From the NCBI GenBank assembly GCA_005787035.1, contig SYCI01000145.1:1-57863 (forward strand): a DNA stretch of 57,863 bases, given 5' to 3'. A program made the position numbers and the translations under genes. Source of the stretch: Actinomycetota bacterium (GTDB lineage Bacteria; Actinomycetota; Acidimicrobiia; Acidimicrobiales; Ilumatobacteraceae). The notes under the pieces were generated by a model. That model saw only the letters and a list, made by a program, of their open reading frames with translations, ran no database searches and was not told the origin of the DNA. This document shows positions 47,022 through 56,968 of this stretch, piece by piece (position 1 is the stretch's first letter; every line of letters begins with the position of its first letter).

Positions 47022-47247
47022 GATGCCGAAGCGTAGGCACCAAACCGGCTTCCGCGAGTATGCGCACCGCCCGCAGTTCGTCCAGGTCGAAGACCACGGC
47101 CATCTGCGAATCGTCCCGACACAAGAACGACATCATGCAGTCGGAACACGCTTCGGTGTCGCGGGCCACGCAGGTGTCGCAGTCGATCAGGATGGATTGG
47201 TCGGGCCGGGCGGCATCGTCGGGGTTCGGTCGCGGTTCTGTTCCCAT
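46993..47247 (-). CDS. hypothetical Cys-rich small protein
   Basis: 84 aa from ATG 47247. Motif CDTC-x7-CSDC-x5-C, then a helical C-terminal segment. No family recognised. Confidence 0.45.
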   Translation of the reverse strand: MGTEPRPNPDDAARPDQSILIDCDTCVARDTEACSDCMMSFLCRDDSQMAVVFDLDELRAVRILAEAGLVPTLRHRAPGQANAS

Positions 47248-47300
47248 ACGCACACTCGACCAAAGGGGTGTGGCGGGGTTACCGACCGGTGCCGTCGACC

Positions 47301-48734
47301 TCAGCCGACCAGCGATTCGACCAGCGGGCGGCTCATCCGCTCGGCGATCATGCACGTGGGTAGGTGGGTGTTGGCACGCGGGAGGCGGGGCATCACCGAC
47401 GCATCGACGACCCACAACTTCTCGACCTCCCACGATCGTCCGCTGGCGTCGACCACCGACTCTCCTCGCCGACCCATCGCGCAGCCGCCCGACACGTGGA
47501 CGTAGTCCCCCGTCCGAGTTCGCAACCACTCCACCACCGAGTCGGGGTCTTCACCCAACGCGTCGAGTGGCGTTCCGATGTCATCGATGAACACTCCGGC
47601 CACTACCCGCCGAAGGGCCGGTGCTTCGAGGAGTCGACGCAACGCGGCGAGTCCGATCACCAAGGCCTCGACATCACGTTCGTCGCTCAGCATGTGGAAG
47701 TTCAGATCACCATCCGCCGACGTTCCCCGCGAGTGAACGTCCATGAGCGCCACGCTCAGGAGTCCAAAGCCCGGGGCCGCTGCGCCGAGGTGGTCGATCG
47801 GGAGTATCTGGAGGTCGGCCGCTGAACGACCCGACGAGAATCGCGCCACGGCATCCACTGCGATTGAACCGGTCGACACCGGCTCGGTCAGGGCGATCGT
47901 GAGAGGTGCCGATGCATGGTCCTGCACGCCGCGACCGATCATCGGATTGTCGACCCCGGATCGCTGGAGCAGCCACGGGGAGTGAACGGCGCCGCCGCAC
48001 ACGGCAACGGCACCGGACTCGATCACCGAACCATCGACCAGACGCACACCACGAGCAATCGCGTGGTCGATGACCAACGATTCGACCTCGGAGTCGACGC
48101 GAATCTCGAGTCGAGGATGGTCGAGGATCGGCAGGAGGTGGACATCGAAGGCCGAGGCCCGTCGTCCGTCGCCGAACTGGGTGAGCGCGGCCGCGCCGGC
48201 GTCACGCCCGGCCGAACCGAGCGGTCGGGGTCCGTGGTGGTCGACCCATCCCTGGCCTCGACATGCTTCGACGACCGCTCCACCGAGTCGCGTCGGATCG
48301 AGGTTCGCCGCCCGACGAAGTGGAATCGCCAGCCGGCGGAACTCGGGTTCGACATCGGCCCACGACCAGCCCGTGCAACCGTGATCGCGTTCCCAACGGT
48401 CGTAGTCCTCGGGTTCTCCCCAGAGGCCGAGCATCGCGTTGACGGCCGACGAGCCGCCGAGCCCCCGACCCCGCGCGTACGGAGTCGCTTCCTGACCGTC
48501 GACTCGACGCGCGAGGAGATCGTCCCATCTCCAGCCCGGTTCCTCGAGAGCGGCGAAGAACGATGGTCCGGATACGCCCGACGGCGGAGTGGGCGAACCA
48601 GAGACCAACGAATAGCCCGGACCGGCTTCGAGGAGCAGCACCGAGAGTCCGCGTTCGACCGCCCGACGTGCCACCGTGCACCCGGCCGAACCACCCCCCA
48701 CCACGATCAGGTCGGGGTGAGAGGAAGATGTCAT
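47301..48734 (-). CDS. GMC-family FAD-dependent oxidoreductase
   Basis: FAD motif LIVVGGGSAGCTVA...LLLEAG and the C-terminal GMC signature (VVDASVMPRLPRANTHLPTCMIAERM). Start trimmed to ATG 48734 (ATGA overlap). Confidence 0.88.
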   Translation of the reverse strand: MTSSSHPDLIVVGGGSAGCTVARRAVERGLSVLLLEAGPGYSLVSGSPTPPSGVSGPSFFAALEEPGWRWDDLLARRVDGQEATPYARGRGLGGSSAVNAMLGLWGEPEDYDRWERDHGCTGWSWADVEPEFRRLAIPLRRAANLDPTRLGGAVVEACRGQGWVDHHGPRPLGSAGRDAGAAALTQFGDGRRASAFDVHLLPILDHPRLEIRVDSEVESLVIDHAIARGVRLVDGSVIESGAVAVCGGAVHSPWLLQRSGVDNPMIGRGVQDHASAPLTIALTEPVSTGSIAVDAVARFSSGRSAADLQILPIDHLGAAAPGFGLLSVALMDVHSRGTSADGDLNFHMLSDERDVEALVIGLAALRRLLEAPALRRVVAGVFIDDIGTPLDALGEDPDSVVEWLRTRTGDYVHVSGGCAMGRRGESVVDASGRSWEVEKLWVVDASVMPRLPRANTHLPTCMIAERMSRPLVESLVG

Positions 48735-49366
48735 GCGCTGGCGAGCCCGTTGAGATGGGCCACGTCGTTGTAGCGGATCAATCGCCAACGACCGGGCTGG
48801 ACCAATTCGACCTCGGTGATCGACGTGTTCTTGGTGTGGATCTCGAAACCACCGGTACCGAACGTGCGCAACGACTGACGCAGAACGGTGTCGATGACCC
48901 CACCATGACAGAACACCACCACCGTTCGATCGGGATGCTCGTCGACCACTCGACGCACGGCCGAACCGACGCGTAGTTGGAATTCGGCGATGGTCTCGCC
49001 ACCGGGAAAGGTGACTCCGTAGGGATCGTTCTCCCAGTCGGGATTGCCGTGACGACGATCGAATTCCTCGTAGGTGAGCCCGTCGCAATCCGGACCCGGA
49101 TCGTGCTCGCCGAAGTCGGAGTCGATGCGGAGTTCGTGACCCGGCAAAGACGGTAGGACGATCTCGCCGGTCTCGCGCGCGCGCGGATACGCGCTCGCGT
49201 ACACCGCATCGGCGGTGAACTCGGAATGTGCGGCCCAGCGTTCGCGGAGGCGCTCGGCCTGACGCCGTCCGAAATCCGACAAGCCGACGCAGGAGCGCGG
49301 ACCTCCGACGAGTCGGTTGACGGTGACTTGGGATTCACCGTGACGGATCAGGACGAGTCGGGTCAT
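48731..49366 (-). CDS. histidine phosphatase (phosphoglycerate mutase-like) family protein
   Basis: RHG motif LVLIRHGESQV and a second His region (VVFCHGGVI). Start trimmed to ATG 49366. Confidence 0.8.
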   Translation of the reverse strand: MTRLVLIRHGESQVTVNRLVGGPRSCVGLSDFGRRQAERLRERWAAHSEFTADAVYASAYPRARETGEIVLPSLPGHELRIDSDFGEHDPGPDCDGLTYEEFDRRHGNPDWENDPYGVTFPGGETIAEFQLRVGSAVRRVVDEHPDRTVVVFCHGGVIDTVLRQSLRTFGTGGFEIHTKNTSITEVELVQPGRWRLIRYNDVAHLNGLASA

Positions 49367-49377
49367 GGCGGTCGGGA

Positions 49378-50814
49378 TCAGGCGAGCTTCTCGACGAACG
49401 ACTCGAGTTGTCGAAGGTTGCGACACTCGTAGGTTCCGTCGGTGAAGTTGCCGTACTCACCCACGATCGAGTCACCCGTGTTCCAGTAACTCCGGGGTTC
49501 GGGGTTCAGCCAGTACACGTGGCGCGCCTTCTGACGAATCTCCTTGACGACCCACGCTTGCGACGCGTGATAGTTGTTGCGCGCGTCGCCGAGAAGAAGA
49601 ACCGTCGTCTTGGGGCCGACATCCTTGCCGAATCGCTCCCAGAAGACCTCGAATGCATGGCCGTAGTCGGAGTGGCCATCGACCCACACCACATCGGCCT
49701 CGGTATTGACGCGATGGATCGCCTCGGTGATGTCCTCGGTCCCCTTGAAGAAGTCGGTCACCTCGTCGAGTCCGTCGATGAAGACGAAAGAACGCACCTT
49801 GGAGAACTGATTCTGGATGGCGTACACCAACATCAGGGTGAAACGGGCGAAGGCCGCCACACTTCCCGAGATGTCGGCCACGACCATCAGTTCGGGCTTG
49901 GCCGGACGGGGGAACTTGAACTTGGGATCGGCCGGCACACCGCCGTACGACAAAGAGTGCCGAACCGTGTTGCGGAAATCGAGTGGCCCCTTGCGGCCGT
50001 GTCGGCGCTTGCGCGCGAGACGGGCCGCGAGTTTGCGGGTCAGCGGGTACAACGACTTCTTGAGCAGCTGCATCTCGTCGCGACTCGCATGCATGAACTC
50101 GACGTCTTCGGGGAGCGGCTTGCGCAGGGTCTTGGCCATGGCCTCGGCACCACGATCGGCCACCAGACGACGACGGATCTCGGCTTCGATCTCCTTCTTG
50201 AAGTCTTCGATTCGCGACTGGTACTCGTCGCGCTCGAGGCGTTCTTCGAGCGCGGTCAGCTCACCACCGACCTCCTCGCGACTCGCGTCCATCAGCTTCT
50301 GGAGCATCGAGTCGAGATCGAGATTCCGGAGCGTGCGATAGAGGTAGTACGTGCCGCCGACCGGACGACCGGGCTCCATTCCGGCGAAACGCTGCACCGA
50401 TTGTTTGGCGAGGGCGCGCATCATGGCCTGATCGCCGTTCAGCAACGCCTGCATGAGCATCTGGGCGATCTCTTCGGGCGTCAGCGAATCCATGCCACCC
50501 GACGATCCCCGCCCGTCGCCCTGGCGCATCTGCTCCTGCATCTCGCGCCACATCTCCTCGAGCGCGTCGTCGGAGTCCTCCACGAGTTTGTACTCGGGGC
50601 CACGCAGAGAGAAGTAGACCTCGAAGACCGTCTCGAACGAACGCCAATGAGCGCTGTTCTTCACGAGAGTCGCGCCGAGCGCGTACTTGAAGGCGTCGCG
50701 GTCCTCGATCGGGATGTGCTGGACCGCCTCCATGGCGTCGAGGTTCTCCGTGAGCGACACCGGAAGACCGGCGTTACGGAGTTCCTGGACGAATCCGGCG
50801 AGAAGATCGAGCAC
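49378..50814 (-). CDS. VWA-domain protein, CoxE-like
   Basis: CoxE-type N-terminus (FVQELRNAGLPVS...EAV) and a C-terminal VWA domain with MIDAS VVADISGSV. GTG start 10 nt after the MoxR stop. Confidence 0.8.
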   Translation of the reverse strand: MLDLLAGFVQELRNAGLPVSLTENLDAMEAVQHIPIEDRDAFKYALGATLVKNSAHWRSFETVFEVYFSLRGPEYKLVEDSDDALEEMWREMQEQMRQGDGRGSSGGMDSLTPEEIAQMLMQALLNGDQAMMRALAKQSVQRFAGMEPGRPVGGTYYLYRTLRNLDLDSMLQKLMDASREEVGGELTALEERLERDEYQSRIEDFKKEIEAEIRRRLVADRGAEAMAKTLRKPLPEDVEFMHASRDEMQLLKKSLYPLTRKLAARLARKRRHGRKGPLDFRNTVRHSLSYGGVPADPKFKFPRPAKPELMVVADISGSVAAFARFTLMLVYAIQNQFSKVRSFVFIDGLDEVTDFFKGTEDITEAIHRVNTEADVVWVDGHSDYGHAFEVFWERFGKDVGPKTTVLLLGDARNNYHASQAWVVKEIRQKARHVYWLNPEPRSYWNTGDSIVGEYGNFTDGTYECRNLRQLESFVEKLA

Positions 50815-50824
50815 GTCGCCCTCG

Positions 50825-51694
50825 TCAGCCGAGGTCGGCTGACAACTCCTTGGCGGCCTTGGCGATGTCGGACTGGTACTTGAGCAAAACGTGCAGCGTG
50901 TCCTTGGCCGTCTGGGCGTCGATGTTCTCGGCGTTCAGGAGCATGAGCGTGCGCGCCCAGTCGAGGGTCTCGCTCACGCTCGGCGCCTTCTTCAGATCGA
51001 GTTGACGGATGCTCCGCACGATCCGGGCCACCTGATCGGCGAGGTGCTCGGTGATTCCGGAGACCTTGGCGAGCACGATCTCCTTCTCGCGATCCATCGA
51101 CGGATAGTCGACGTGCAAGTAGAGACAACGGCGCTTCAGCGCCTCGGAGAGTTCGCGGGTGTTGTTGGAGGTGAGAAAGACCATCGGGATCTGGGTGGCC
51201 GTGATGGTGCCGAGTTCGGGAATCGACACCTGGTACTCCGACAGGATCTCGAGAAGAAGAGCTTCGGTCTCCACTTCGACGCGGTCGACTTCGTCGATCA
51301 GGAGCACGACGGGATCGGGGGCGCTGATGGCTTCGAGAAGCGGGCGGGTCAGAAGGAACTCACGGCTGAAGATGTCGTCGTGGACCTCGCTCCAGGAGTC
51401 GCTGTTCTTGTCGGCCTGGATTCGCAGCAACTGCTTCTTGTAGTTCCACTCGTACAGGGCTTTGGACTCGTCGAGCCCCTCGTAACACTGGAGACGGATG
51501 AGACGTGCACCGGTCATCTCGGCGATGCTCTTGGCCAACTGGGTCTTCCCCGTTCCGGCCGGCCCCTCGACGAGGATCGGCTTGGCGAGCCGATCGGCGA
51601 GGAAGGCAACCCCGGCAATGCCGTCGTCGGCGAGGTAATTGACGTCGCGCAGACCGTCACGGACCTGCTGTACGGAGGCAAAGCGATGTTGCAT
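50825..51694 (-). CDS. MoxR-type AAA+ ATPase, CoxD-like
   Basis: Walker A GPAGTGKT, Walker B LLIDEVDR, sensor/Arg-finger region. 289 aa single-ring MoxR architecture. Confidence 0.88.
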   Translation of the reverse strand: MQHRFASVQQVRDGLRDVNYLADDGIAGVAFLADRLAKPILVEGPAGTGKTQLAKSIAEMTGARLIRLQCYEGLDESKALYEWNYKKQLLRIQADKNSDSWSEVHDDIFSREFLLTRPLLEAISAPDPVVLLIDEVDRVEVETEALLLEILSEYQVSIPELGTITATQIPMVFLTSNNTRELSEALKRRCLYLHVDYPSMDREKEIVLAKVSGITEHLADQVARIVRSIRQLDLKKAPSVSETLDWARTLMLLNAENIDAQTAKDTLHVLLKYQSDIAKAAKELSADLG

Positions 51695-51760
51695 AGTTTC
51701 ACCCTACAAGTTGCCCTGATCAGACGATCAATCGGTCGCTCGTGATCTACCCTTTCCCCG

Positions 51761-53377
51761 ATGGCCGGGGACCAGCGAACGCACGATCTCTTGCGTTCGA
51801 ACGCCGTCGTCGCACTCGGAACCGGCCTGTCGCGACTGACCGGAATGTTGCGCGTCATCGTGTTCGGTTTCGTGATCGGTCAAACCGCCCTCGCCGACGC
51901 CTATGACGGCGCCAACAACTCACCCAACGCGGTCTACGAGCTGCTGCTCGGTGGGGTGTTGTCGGCCACCCTCGTTCCTCTCTTCACCCGCATGCTCGAG
52001 GACGACGACCGCGACTCGGCCGAGGCCGTCGTCGGGGTCAGCATCGTCGCCCTCACCGCCATCACCGCGGTGGCCGTCGTCTGCGCTCCTTGGATCTTCC
52101 GGATCTTCTCACTCAACCCCGACTCGAGTGTCGACGCCAACGACTTCCGAACCGTGGGCACCGCGCTCGCGCGTATCTTCCTGTTGCAGATCTTCTTCTA
52201 CGGGATCTCCGCGCTCCTCGGCTCACTGCTCAATGCTCAGAGACGATTCTTCGCCGCCGCGTGGTCGCCCGTGCTCGCCAACATCGTCATCATCTGCTCG
52301 CTCCTGTACGTGCCGACCCTGCTCGATCAGAAGAACCCCGTTCTGCGCGACGTTCTCGACAGCCCGTCGTTCCGCTGGCTGCTCGGTCTCGGCGCGACGG
52401 GCGGCATCGCCTTGCAGGCGCTGATTCTCCTGCCGGCGATCCATCAAGCCGGCCTCAATTTCCGTTTCCGATTCCGTCCGCGTCATCCGGCGGTGCGCAA
52501 GCTCTTCGCGCTGTCGGGGTGGACCTTCGGCTACGTGCTCGCCAACCAGGCCACCATCGTCGTGGTGAAGAACCTGGCGTCACCGGGAAGCGGTGGACAA
52601 GACGCCTACGCCAAGGCGTCGACCTTCTTCTACTTCCCCCATGGTCTCCTCGCCATGAGTATCGCCACGACGTTCATTCCCGAAATGGCCCGGGCCGTGG
52701 CCCGGCGCAATCGGGAGGACTTCATCGAACGGACATCGCTCGGGATCCGACTCGTCGGCTTGCTCACGATTCCGGCGGCCTTCGGGTTCCTCGCTCTGGC
52801 CCGGCCGATCATCGGCGCCTTGCTCCAGCACGGCCAATTCGACGCGGCGGCCGCCGACAACACGGCGCGCGCCCTCGCCGGTCTCTCACTCGGTCTGGCC
52901 GGCTACTCGGTGTATCTCTTCACGCTGCGCGGCTTCTACGCCCATCAGGACACCCGTACGCCGTTCATCATCAACTGCGTGCAATGCCTGATCAACGTGG
53001 TTCTCGCGTTCGCGCTCGTCGGCCCATTCGACGTTCTGGGTCTCGGACTTGCCTTCGCCATCTCCTACTTGGTCGCGGCGGTGGTGGCGATCTTCGTCCT
53101 CACCATCAAGGTTCCCGAGTTCCCGGCGATCGACGTCCTGACCACGCTCGTGCGGATGGTGGCCGCCGGGGCGATCATGGGAGCCGTCGTGTGGTTGTCG
53201 GTTCGCGCCTTCGGAGACAACGACGGAACGGGAGCGTTACTGCGACTCGTCGTCGGCTCGTTCATCGGCATCGTCGTTTACCTGGGTTCGCTCACGCTGC
53301 TCCGCTCCCCCGAAGTCGGACACGTACGCGCACTCCGTGACCGGCTGCGCGCCAAGGTCACTTCGTCGGAGGGTTGA
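51761..53377 (+). CDS. murJ: lipid II flippase MurJ (MviN)
   Basis: 538 aa, about 14 TM, with an MviN-type N-terminus (...ALGTGLSRLTGMLRVIVFGFVIG...ADAY..ANN.PN.VYELL). Confidence 0.9.
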   Translation: MAGDQRTHDLLRSNAVVALGTGLSRLTGMLRVIVFGFVIGQTALADAYDGANNSPNAVYELLLGGVLSATLVPLFTRMLEDDDRDSAEAVVGVSIVALTAITAVAVVCAPWIFRIFSLNPDSSVDANDFRTVGTALARIFLLQIFFYGISALLGSLLNAQRRFFAAAWSPVLANIVIICSLLYVPTLLDQKNPVLRDVLDSPSFRWLLGLGATGGIALQALILLPAIHQAGLNFRFRFRPRHPAVRKLFALSGWTFGYVLANQATIVVVKNLASPGSGGQDAYAKASTFFYFPHGLLAMSIATTFIPEMARAVARRNREDFIERTSLGIRLVGLLTIPAAFGFLALARPIIGALLQHGQFDAAAADNTARALAGLSLGLAGYSVYLFTLRGFYAHQDTRTPFIINCVQCLINVVLAFALVGPFDVLGLGLAFAISYLVAAVVAIFVLTIKVPEFPAIDVLTTLVRMVAAGAIMGAVVWLSVRAFGDNDGTGALLRLVVGSFIGIVVYLGSLTLLRSPEVGHVRALRDRLRAKVTSSEG

Positions 53378-54479
53378 GCAACACCAAACCGTCGCGATGG
53401 ACGACCACGCCCGGGAGTCCCTCGGCGAGCTCGGAGGTCTGACGGCCCTTCGACGACGAGATCTGTGCCGATGTCATCACGGCCGTTCCCTTGGCCAGGA
53501 CGCGACCCGACGTGTCGACGACGTCGATCGTGTCGCCGGCGTCGAAGTCGCCATGGACTGCCGTGACTCCCGCCGGGAGCAACGAGTTCGTGCCGCGCTC
53601 GAGGGCCGACGCCGCGCCGGAGTCGACCTCGACCCGACCGCACGTCTCGCTGGCGAACGCGAGCCAGAGTTGACGCGAGGACAGTTGTCGGTCCGAACCA
53701 TGGAAGGTCGTCCCGACGCGAGGTGAATCGTCGGCGCCGCCACTCACGGCGAGTCGGACCACATCGGGAATCGTGGCCCGAGCGATCACCGACCGCACAC
53801 CCGACCACGAGGCGATCCGGCTGGCCGCGAGTTTGGAGGCCATGCCACCGCTACCTCGATTCGAACCGGTCGCCCCCGCGCTCACGCTGAGGAGCGGATC
53901 GCCCGGCCACACGTCGGTCACGAGGGTGGCCGACGGATCGGTGCGCGGATCGGCGGTGTAGAGCCCGTCGATGTCGGTCAACAGAACGAGTGTGTCGGCT
54001 TTGAGCAGGTGCGAAAGAAGCGCCGAGATCCGGTCGTTGTCACCGAATCGGATCTCGTCGTTGGCGATCGCGTCGTTCTCGTTGACGACCGGAACGCAAC
54101 CGAGCCGGAGCAGCTCCTCGAGCGTCGCGCGCGCGTGCAGATACTGCTGGCGATCGACGAAGTCGTGCGGTACGAGCAACACCTGGGCGGCCACCAGCCC
54201 GACGGACGCGAACTCGGCGTTGTAGACCTCCATCAGTCGACTCTGTCCGACGGCCGACAACGCTTGAAGGGTCAGAACCTCGGCCGGACGACCCGCGAGT
54301 CCGACCGCGGGAATACCGGCCGCAACCGCGCCCGATGTGACCAGAACGACTTCGTGGCCGTCGGCGCGCAGGGCGGCGATCTGCCGGCACAAGTCGGCGA
54401 TCACGACTCGGTCGATCACTCCACGAACGTCGGTCAACGACGACGTCCCGATCTTGACGATGATTCGCTGGGCGGTCAT
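53358..54479 (-). CDS. proB: glutamate 5-kinase (with PUA domain)
   Basis: N-terminus IVKIGTSSLTD, an amino-acid-kinase fold and a C-terminal PUA domain. Start trimmed to ATG 54479. Confidence 0.93.
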   Translation of the reverse strand: MTAQRIIVKIGTSSLTDVRGVIDRVVIADLCRQIAALRADGHEVVLVTSGAVAAGIPAVGLAGRPAEVLTLQALSAVGQSRLMEVYNAEFASVGLVAAQVLLVPHDFVDRQQYLHARATLEELLRLGCVPVVNENDAIANDEIRFGDNDRISALLSHLLKADTLVLLTDIDGLYTADPRTDPSATLVTDVWPGDPLLSVSAGATGSNRGSGGMASKLAASRIASWSGVRSVIARATIPDVVRLAVSGGADDSPRVGTTFHGSDRQLSSRQLWLAFASETCGRVEVDSGAASALERGTNSLLPAGVTAVHGDFDAGDTIDVVDTSGRVLAKGTAVMTSAQISSSKGRQTSELAEGLPGVVVHRDGLVLLNPPTK

Positions 54480-54495
54480 GGCGTTCCGAGTCTGC

Positions 54496-55746
54496 TCAAT
54501 GCTCGGGGTGGTAGTCGAACGAGAATTCACCGATCCAGACGACGTCACCCTCGTTGGCCCCGGCGCGCGCGAGCAGTCGGGGGACGCCCAGCTTCTTCAA
54601 TCGTTCGTCGATGTAGGCCAGAGCTTCGGGCGTGGTCACGTCGTTGAGATGCACGGCGCGCAACACCTTGCGCCCGAGCACCCGGAAGTTGTGTTCGTCC
54701 ACTCGCTCGACCCACGCGCCATCGGAGTCGGGACGCAGGATCACACGGCCTTCCGACACGGGCTCTTCCTGACGCGCTTCGTGAACCAGACTCGCCAATC
54801 GCCCGACGAGTTCGCGCACTCCCTGGTTCGTCACCGACGAGATGACCATGCCGTCCCAGTCGGCCACCACCGCCGGATCGGCCGAATCCGTCTTGGTGCC
54901 CACGATCACCCGGGGGCGCTCGAGGAGTTGGGCGTCGTACTTTCCGAGTTCGGCGAGCAGGACCTCCAATTGATCCGAGGGTGATGTCTCGTCGAGGGGC
55001 GCGAGATCGACGAGTACACACAGCACGCGTGCCCGCTCGACGTGGCGCAGGAACCGATGACCGAGTCCGCGACCCTCCGACGCGCCTTCGATGAGTCCGG
55101 GGATGTCGGCCACCACGAATTCGGTCGCGTCGTCGATACGAACCACCCCGAGATTGGGTTCGAGGGTCGTGAAGGGGTAATCGGCGATCTTGGGACGGGC
55201 CGCCGAGATCACACTGATGAGCGTGCTCTTACCAGCGTTCGGGAATCCCACGAGCGCGACATCGGCCAGAAGTTTGAGTTCGAGTTTCAGCCATCGTTCC
55301 TCACCGTGTTCGCCCTGTTCGGCGAAACTCGGAGCCCGACGACGATTGGTCAGAAATCGCGCGTTCCCGCGCCCACCTCGACCACCGTGGGCGGCCAGCC
55401 AACGGTCGCCGTGCTGCTGGAGATCGGCGAGGATCTCACCTGAATACATGTCGCGCACCACGGTGCCTTCGGGGACTTTGACCTCGAGGCCTTCGCCCCG
55501 TCGACCATGGAGGTCCTTACCCTTTCCGTGTACCCCATTGCCGGCGATGCGGTGCGGATGATCCCGGAAAGCGAGCAACGACGCGACGTTTCGATCGGCG
55601 ACCAGCCAGACATCGCCACCCTTGCCACCGTCGCCGCCATTGGGCCCGCCCATTGCGACCGGACCCTCGCGTCGGAACGCGACGCAACCGGCGCCACCGT
55701 CGCCGGCGCGCACGTTCAATTGGCACTCGTCGACGAACTGGCTCAT
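54496..55746 (-). CDS. obg: GTPase Obg/CgtA
   Basis: Gly-rich Obg fold (GDGGAGCVAFRRE), G1 GFPNAGKST and a C-terminal OCT domain. Confidence 0.95.
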   Translation of the reverse strand: MSQFVDECQLNVRAGDGGAGCVAFRREGPVAMGGPNGGDGGKGGDVWLVADRNVASLLAFRDHPHRIAGNGVHGKGKDLHGRRGEGLEVKVPEGTVVRDMYSGEILADLQQHGDRWLAAHGGRGGRGNARFLTNRRRAPSFAEQGEHGEERWLKLELKLLADVALVGFPNAGKSTLISVISAARPKIADYPFTTLEPNLGVVRIDDATEFVVADIPGLIEGASEGRGLGHRFLRHVERARVLCVLVDLAPLDETSPSDQLEVLLAELGKYDAQLLERPRVIVGTKTDSADPAVVADWDGMVISSVTNQGVRELVGRLASLVHEARQEEPVSEGRVILRPDSDGAWVERVDEHNFRVLGRKVLRAVHLNDVTTPEALAYIDERLKKLGVPRLLARAGANEGDVVWIGEFSFDYHPEH

Positions 55747-55839
55747 GACGCTTCCAACCTACTGCCACACCCCCGTCGTAGCCTTGGACTCGTGAACGAG
55801 AAGTCCGAGCCGCACTCGTCGCATCATGTCGATCCCGAC

Positions 55840-56949
55840 ATGGCCGAGCGCGCCGAACGCTGGGCGAGCACCATGTCGGGCACGGCGGCCGACGAGGCGA
55901 TCACCCTCGCTCACGCCGACTCGTGGGCCGGAACCGGCGACACCACGATCGCCGAACGTCAGCAGCGCGAAGAACTCGCCGAAGTACACCTCGCCCGACT
56001 CGCCACCCGATCGGTGGGCGCCGGTCGCCGTCCGGTGGACGAAGAGCCCGATCCCTTCCGGACGTGTTTCGAACGAGATCGTGATCGCATCCTTCACGCC
56101 ACATCGTTCCGACGTCTCGCCGGCAAGACCCAGGTCTTCGTCTTTCCCGACGACCATCAACGCACCCGACTCACTCACGCCCTCGAGGTCGCCCAAGTCG
56201 CCGTCTCGGTGGCCCGACCACTCGGACTCAACGTCGCCCTCACCGAAGCCATCGCACTCGGCCACGATTGCGGTCATGGTCCGGGCGGCCACGCGAGTGA
56301 GGATGCTCTCTCGCCCTACATCGACGGCGGGTTCGACCATGCGGTGTGGGGGGCCGACGTCACACTCGTTCCACTCAACCTGTGCGCGGAGACGACCGAC
56401 GGCATTCGCAACCATTCATGGAGCCGGCCCGCTCCCTCCACACCGGAGGGTGAAGTCGTGAGTTGGGCCGACCGCATCGCCTACGTGTGCCACGACTTCG
56501 AAGATGCAGCAGCTGCCGGCATCGTCGGCCCCGACGATCTGCCGCCGCTCGTGCGATCGGTGTGTGGTTCATCCCGACAAGGACAACTCGGAGCTTTCAT
56601 CACGTCGATGGTGCGGGTCGCCGCCCACACCGGGCGGATCGGCATGGAGCCCACCGTGGCCGAAGCCCTCGCCGCTTTTCGTCGGTTCAACTACGAGCAG
56701 GTGTACTTACGCCCGGCCAGTCGCGCCCAAGCCGGCCAAGTGATCGATCTTCTGCGATCCCTCGTCGACCACTACGCCGCGAATCCGGGGTTATTGCCGA
56801 ATCCGGCCGACGTCGCGACGGGCTCGCCCGAAGCAGTTCGCCAAGCAGTCGCCTACGTCGCCGGCATGACCGATCGATTCGCCTGCCGACAGGGCGTGGC
56901 GTTACTCGACTATCCGTTGCACCGGTTGCCGCGCGGCATCGACATCTGA
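55840..56949 (+). CDS. dGTPase-like HD-domain triphosphohydrolase
   Basis: Motifs FERDRDRILHATSFRRLAGKTQVF and the HD motif LGHDCGHGPGGH. The start is ambiguous: ATG 55840 or in-frame GTG 55792. Confidence 0.85.
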   Translation: MAERAERWASTMSGTAADEAITLAHADSWAGTGDTTIAERQQREELAEVHLARLATRSVGAGRRPVDEEPDPFRTCFERDRDRILHATSFRRLAGKTQVFVFPDDHQRTRLTHALEVAQVAVSVARPLGLNVALTEAIALGHDCGHGPGGHASEDALSPYIDGGFDHAVWGADVTLVPLNLCAETTDGIRNHSWSRPAPSTPEGEVVSWADRIAYVCHDFEDAAAAGIVGPDDLPPLVRSVCGSSRQGQLGAFITSMVRVAAHTGRIGMEPTVAEALAAFRRFNYEQVYLRPASRAQAGQVIDLLRSLVDHYAANPGLLPNPADVATGSPEAVRQAVAYVAGMTDRFACRQGVALLDYPLHRLPRGIDI

Positions 56950-56962
56950 GCCCGGACGGCTC
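56948..56962. terminator. short hairpin between convergent dGTPase-like and rpmA genes
   Basis: GAGCC-CGGAC-GGCTC (5-bp stem, extendable to 7 with one G.U). It overlaps the dGTPase stop codon. There is no U-tract, so it is weak. Confidence 0.25.
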
Positions 56963-56968
56963 GGTGAA

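Noticed and set aside
51695-51760. GATC-rich 66-bp divergent spacer between MoxR and murJ (TGATCAGACGATCAATCGGTCGCTCGTGATCT), considered as an operator palindrome.
   Set aside because: Only short self-complementary TGATCA and imperfect symmetry are present. No convincing dyad or known motif, so it is left as an unannotated promoter region.
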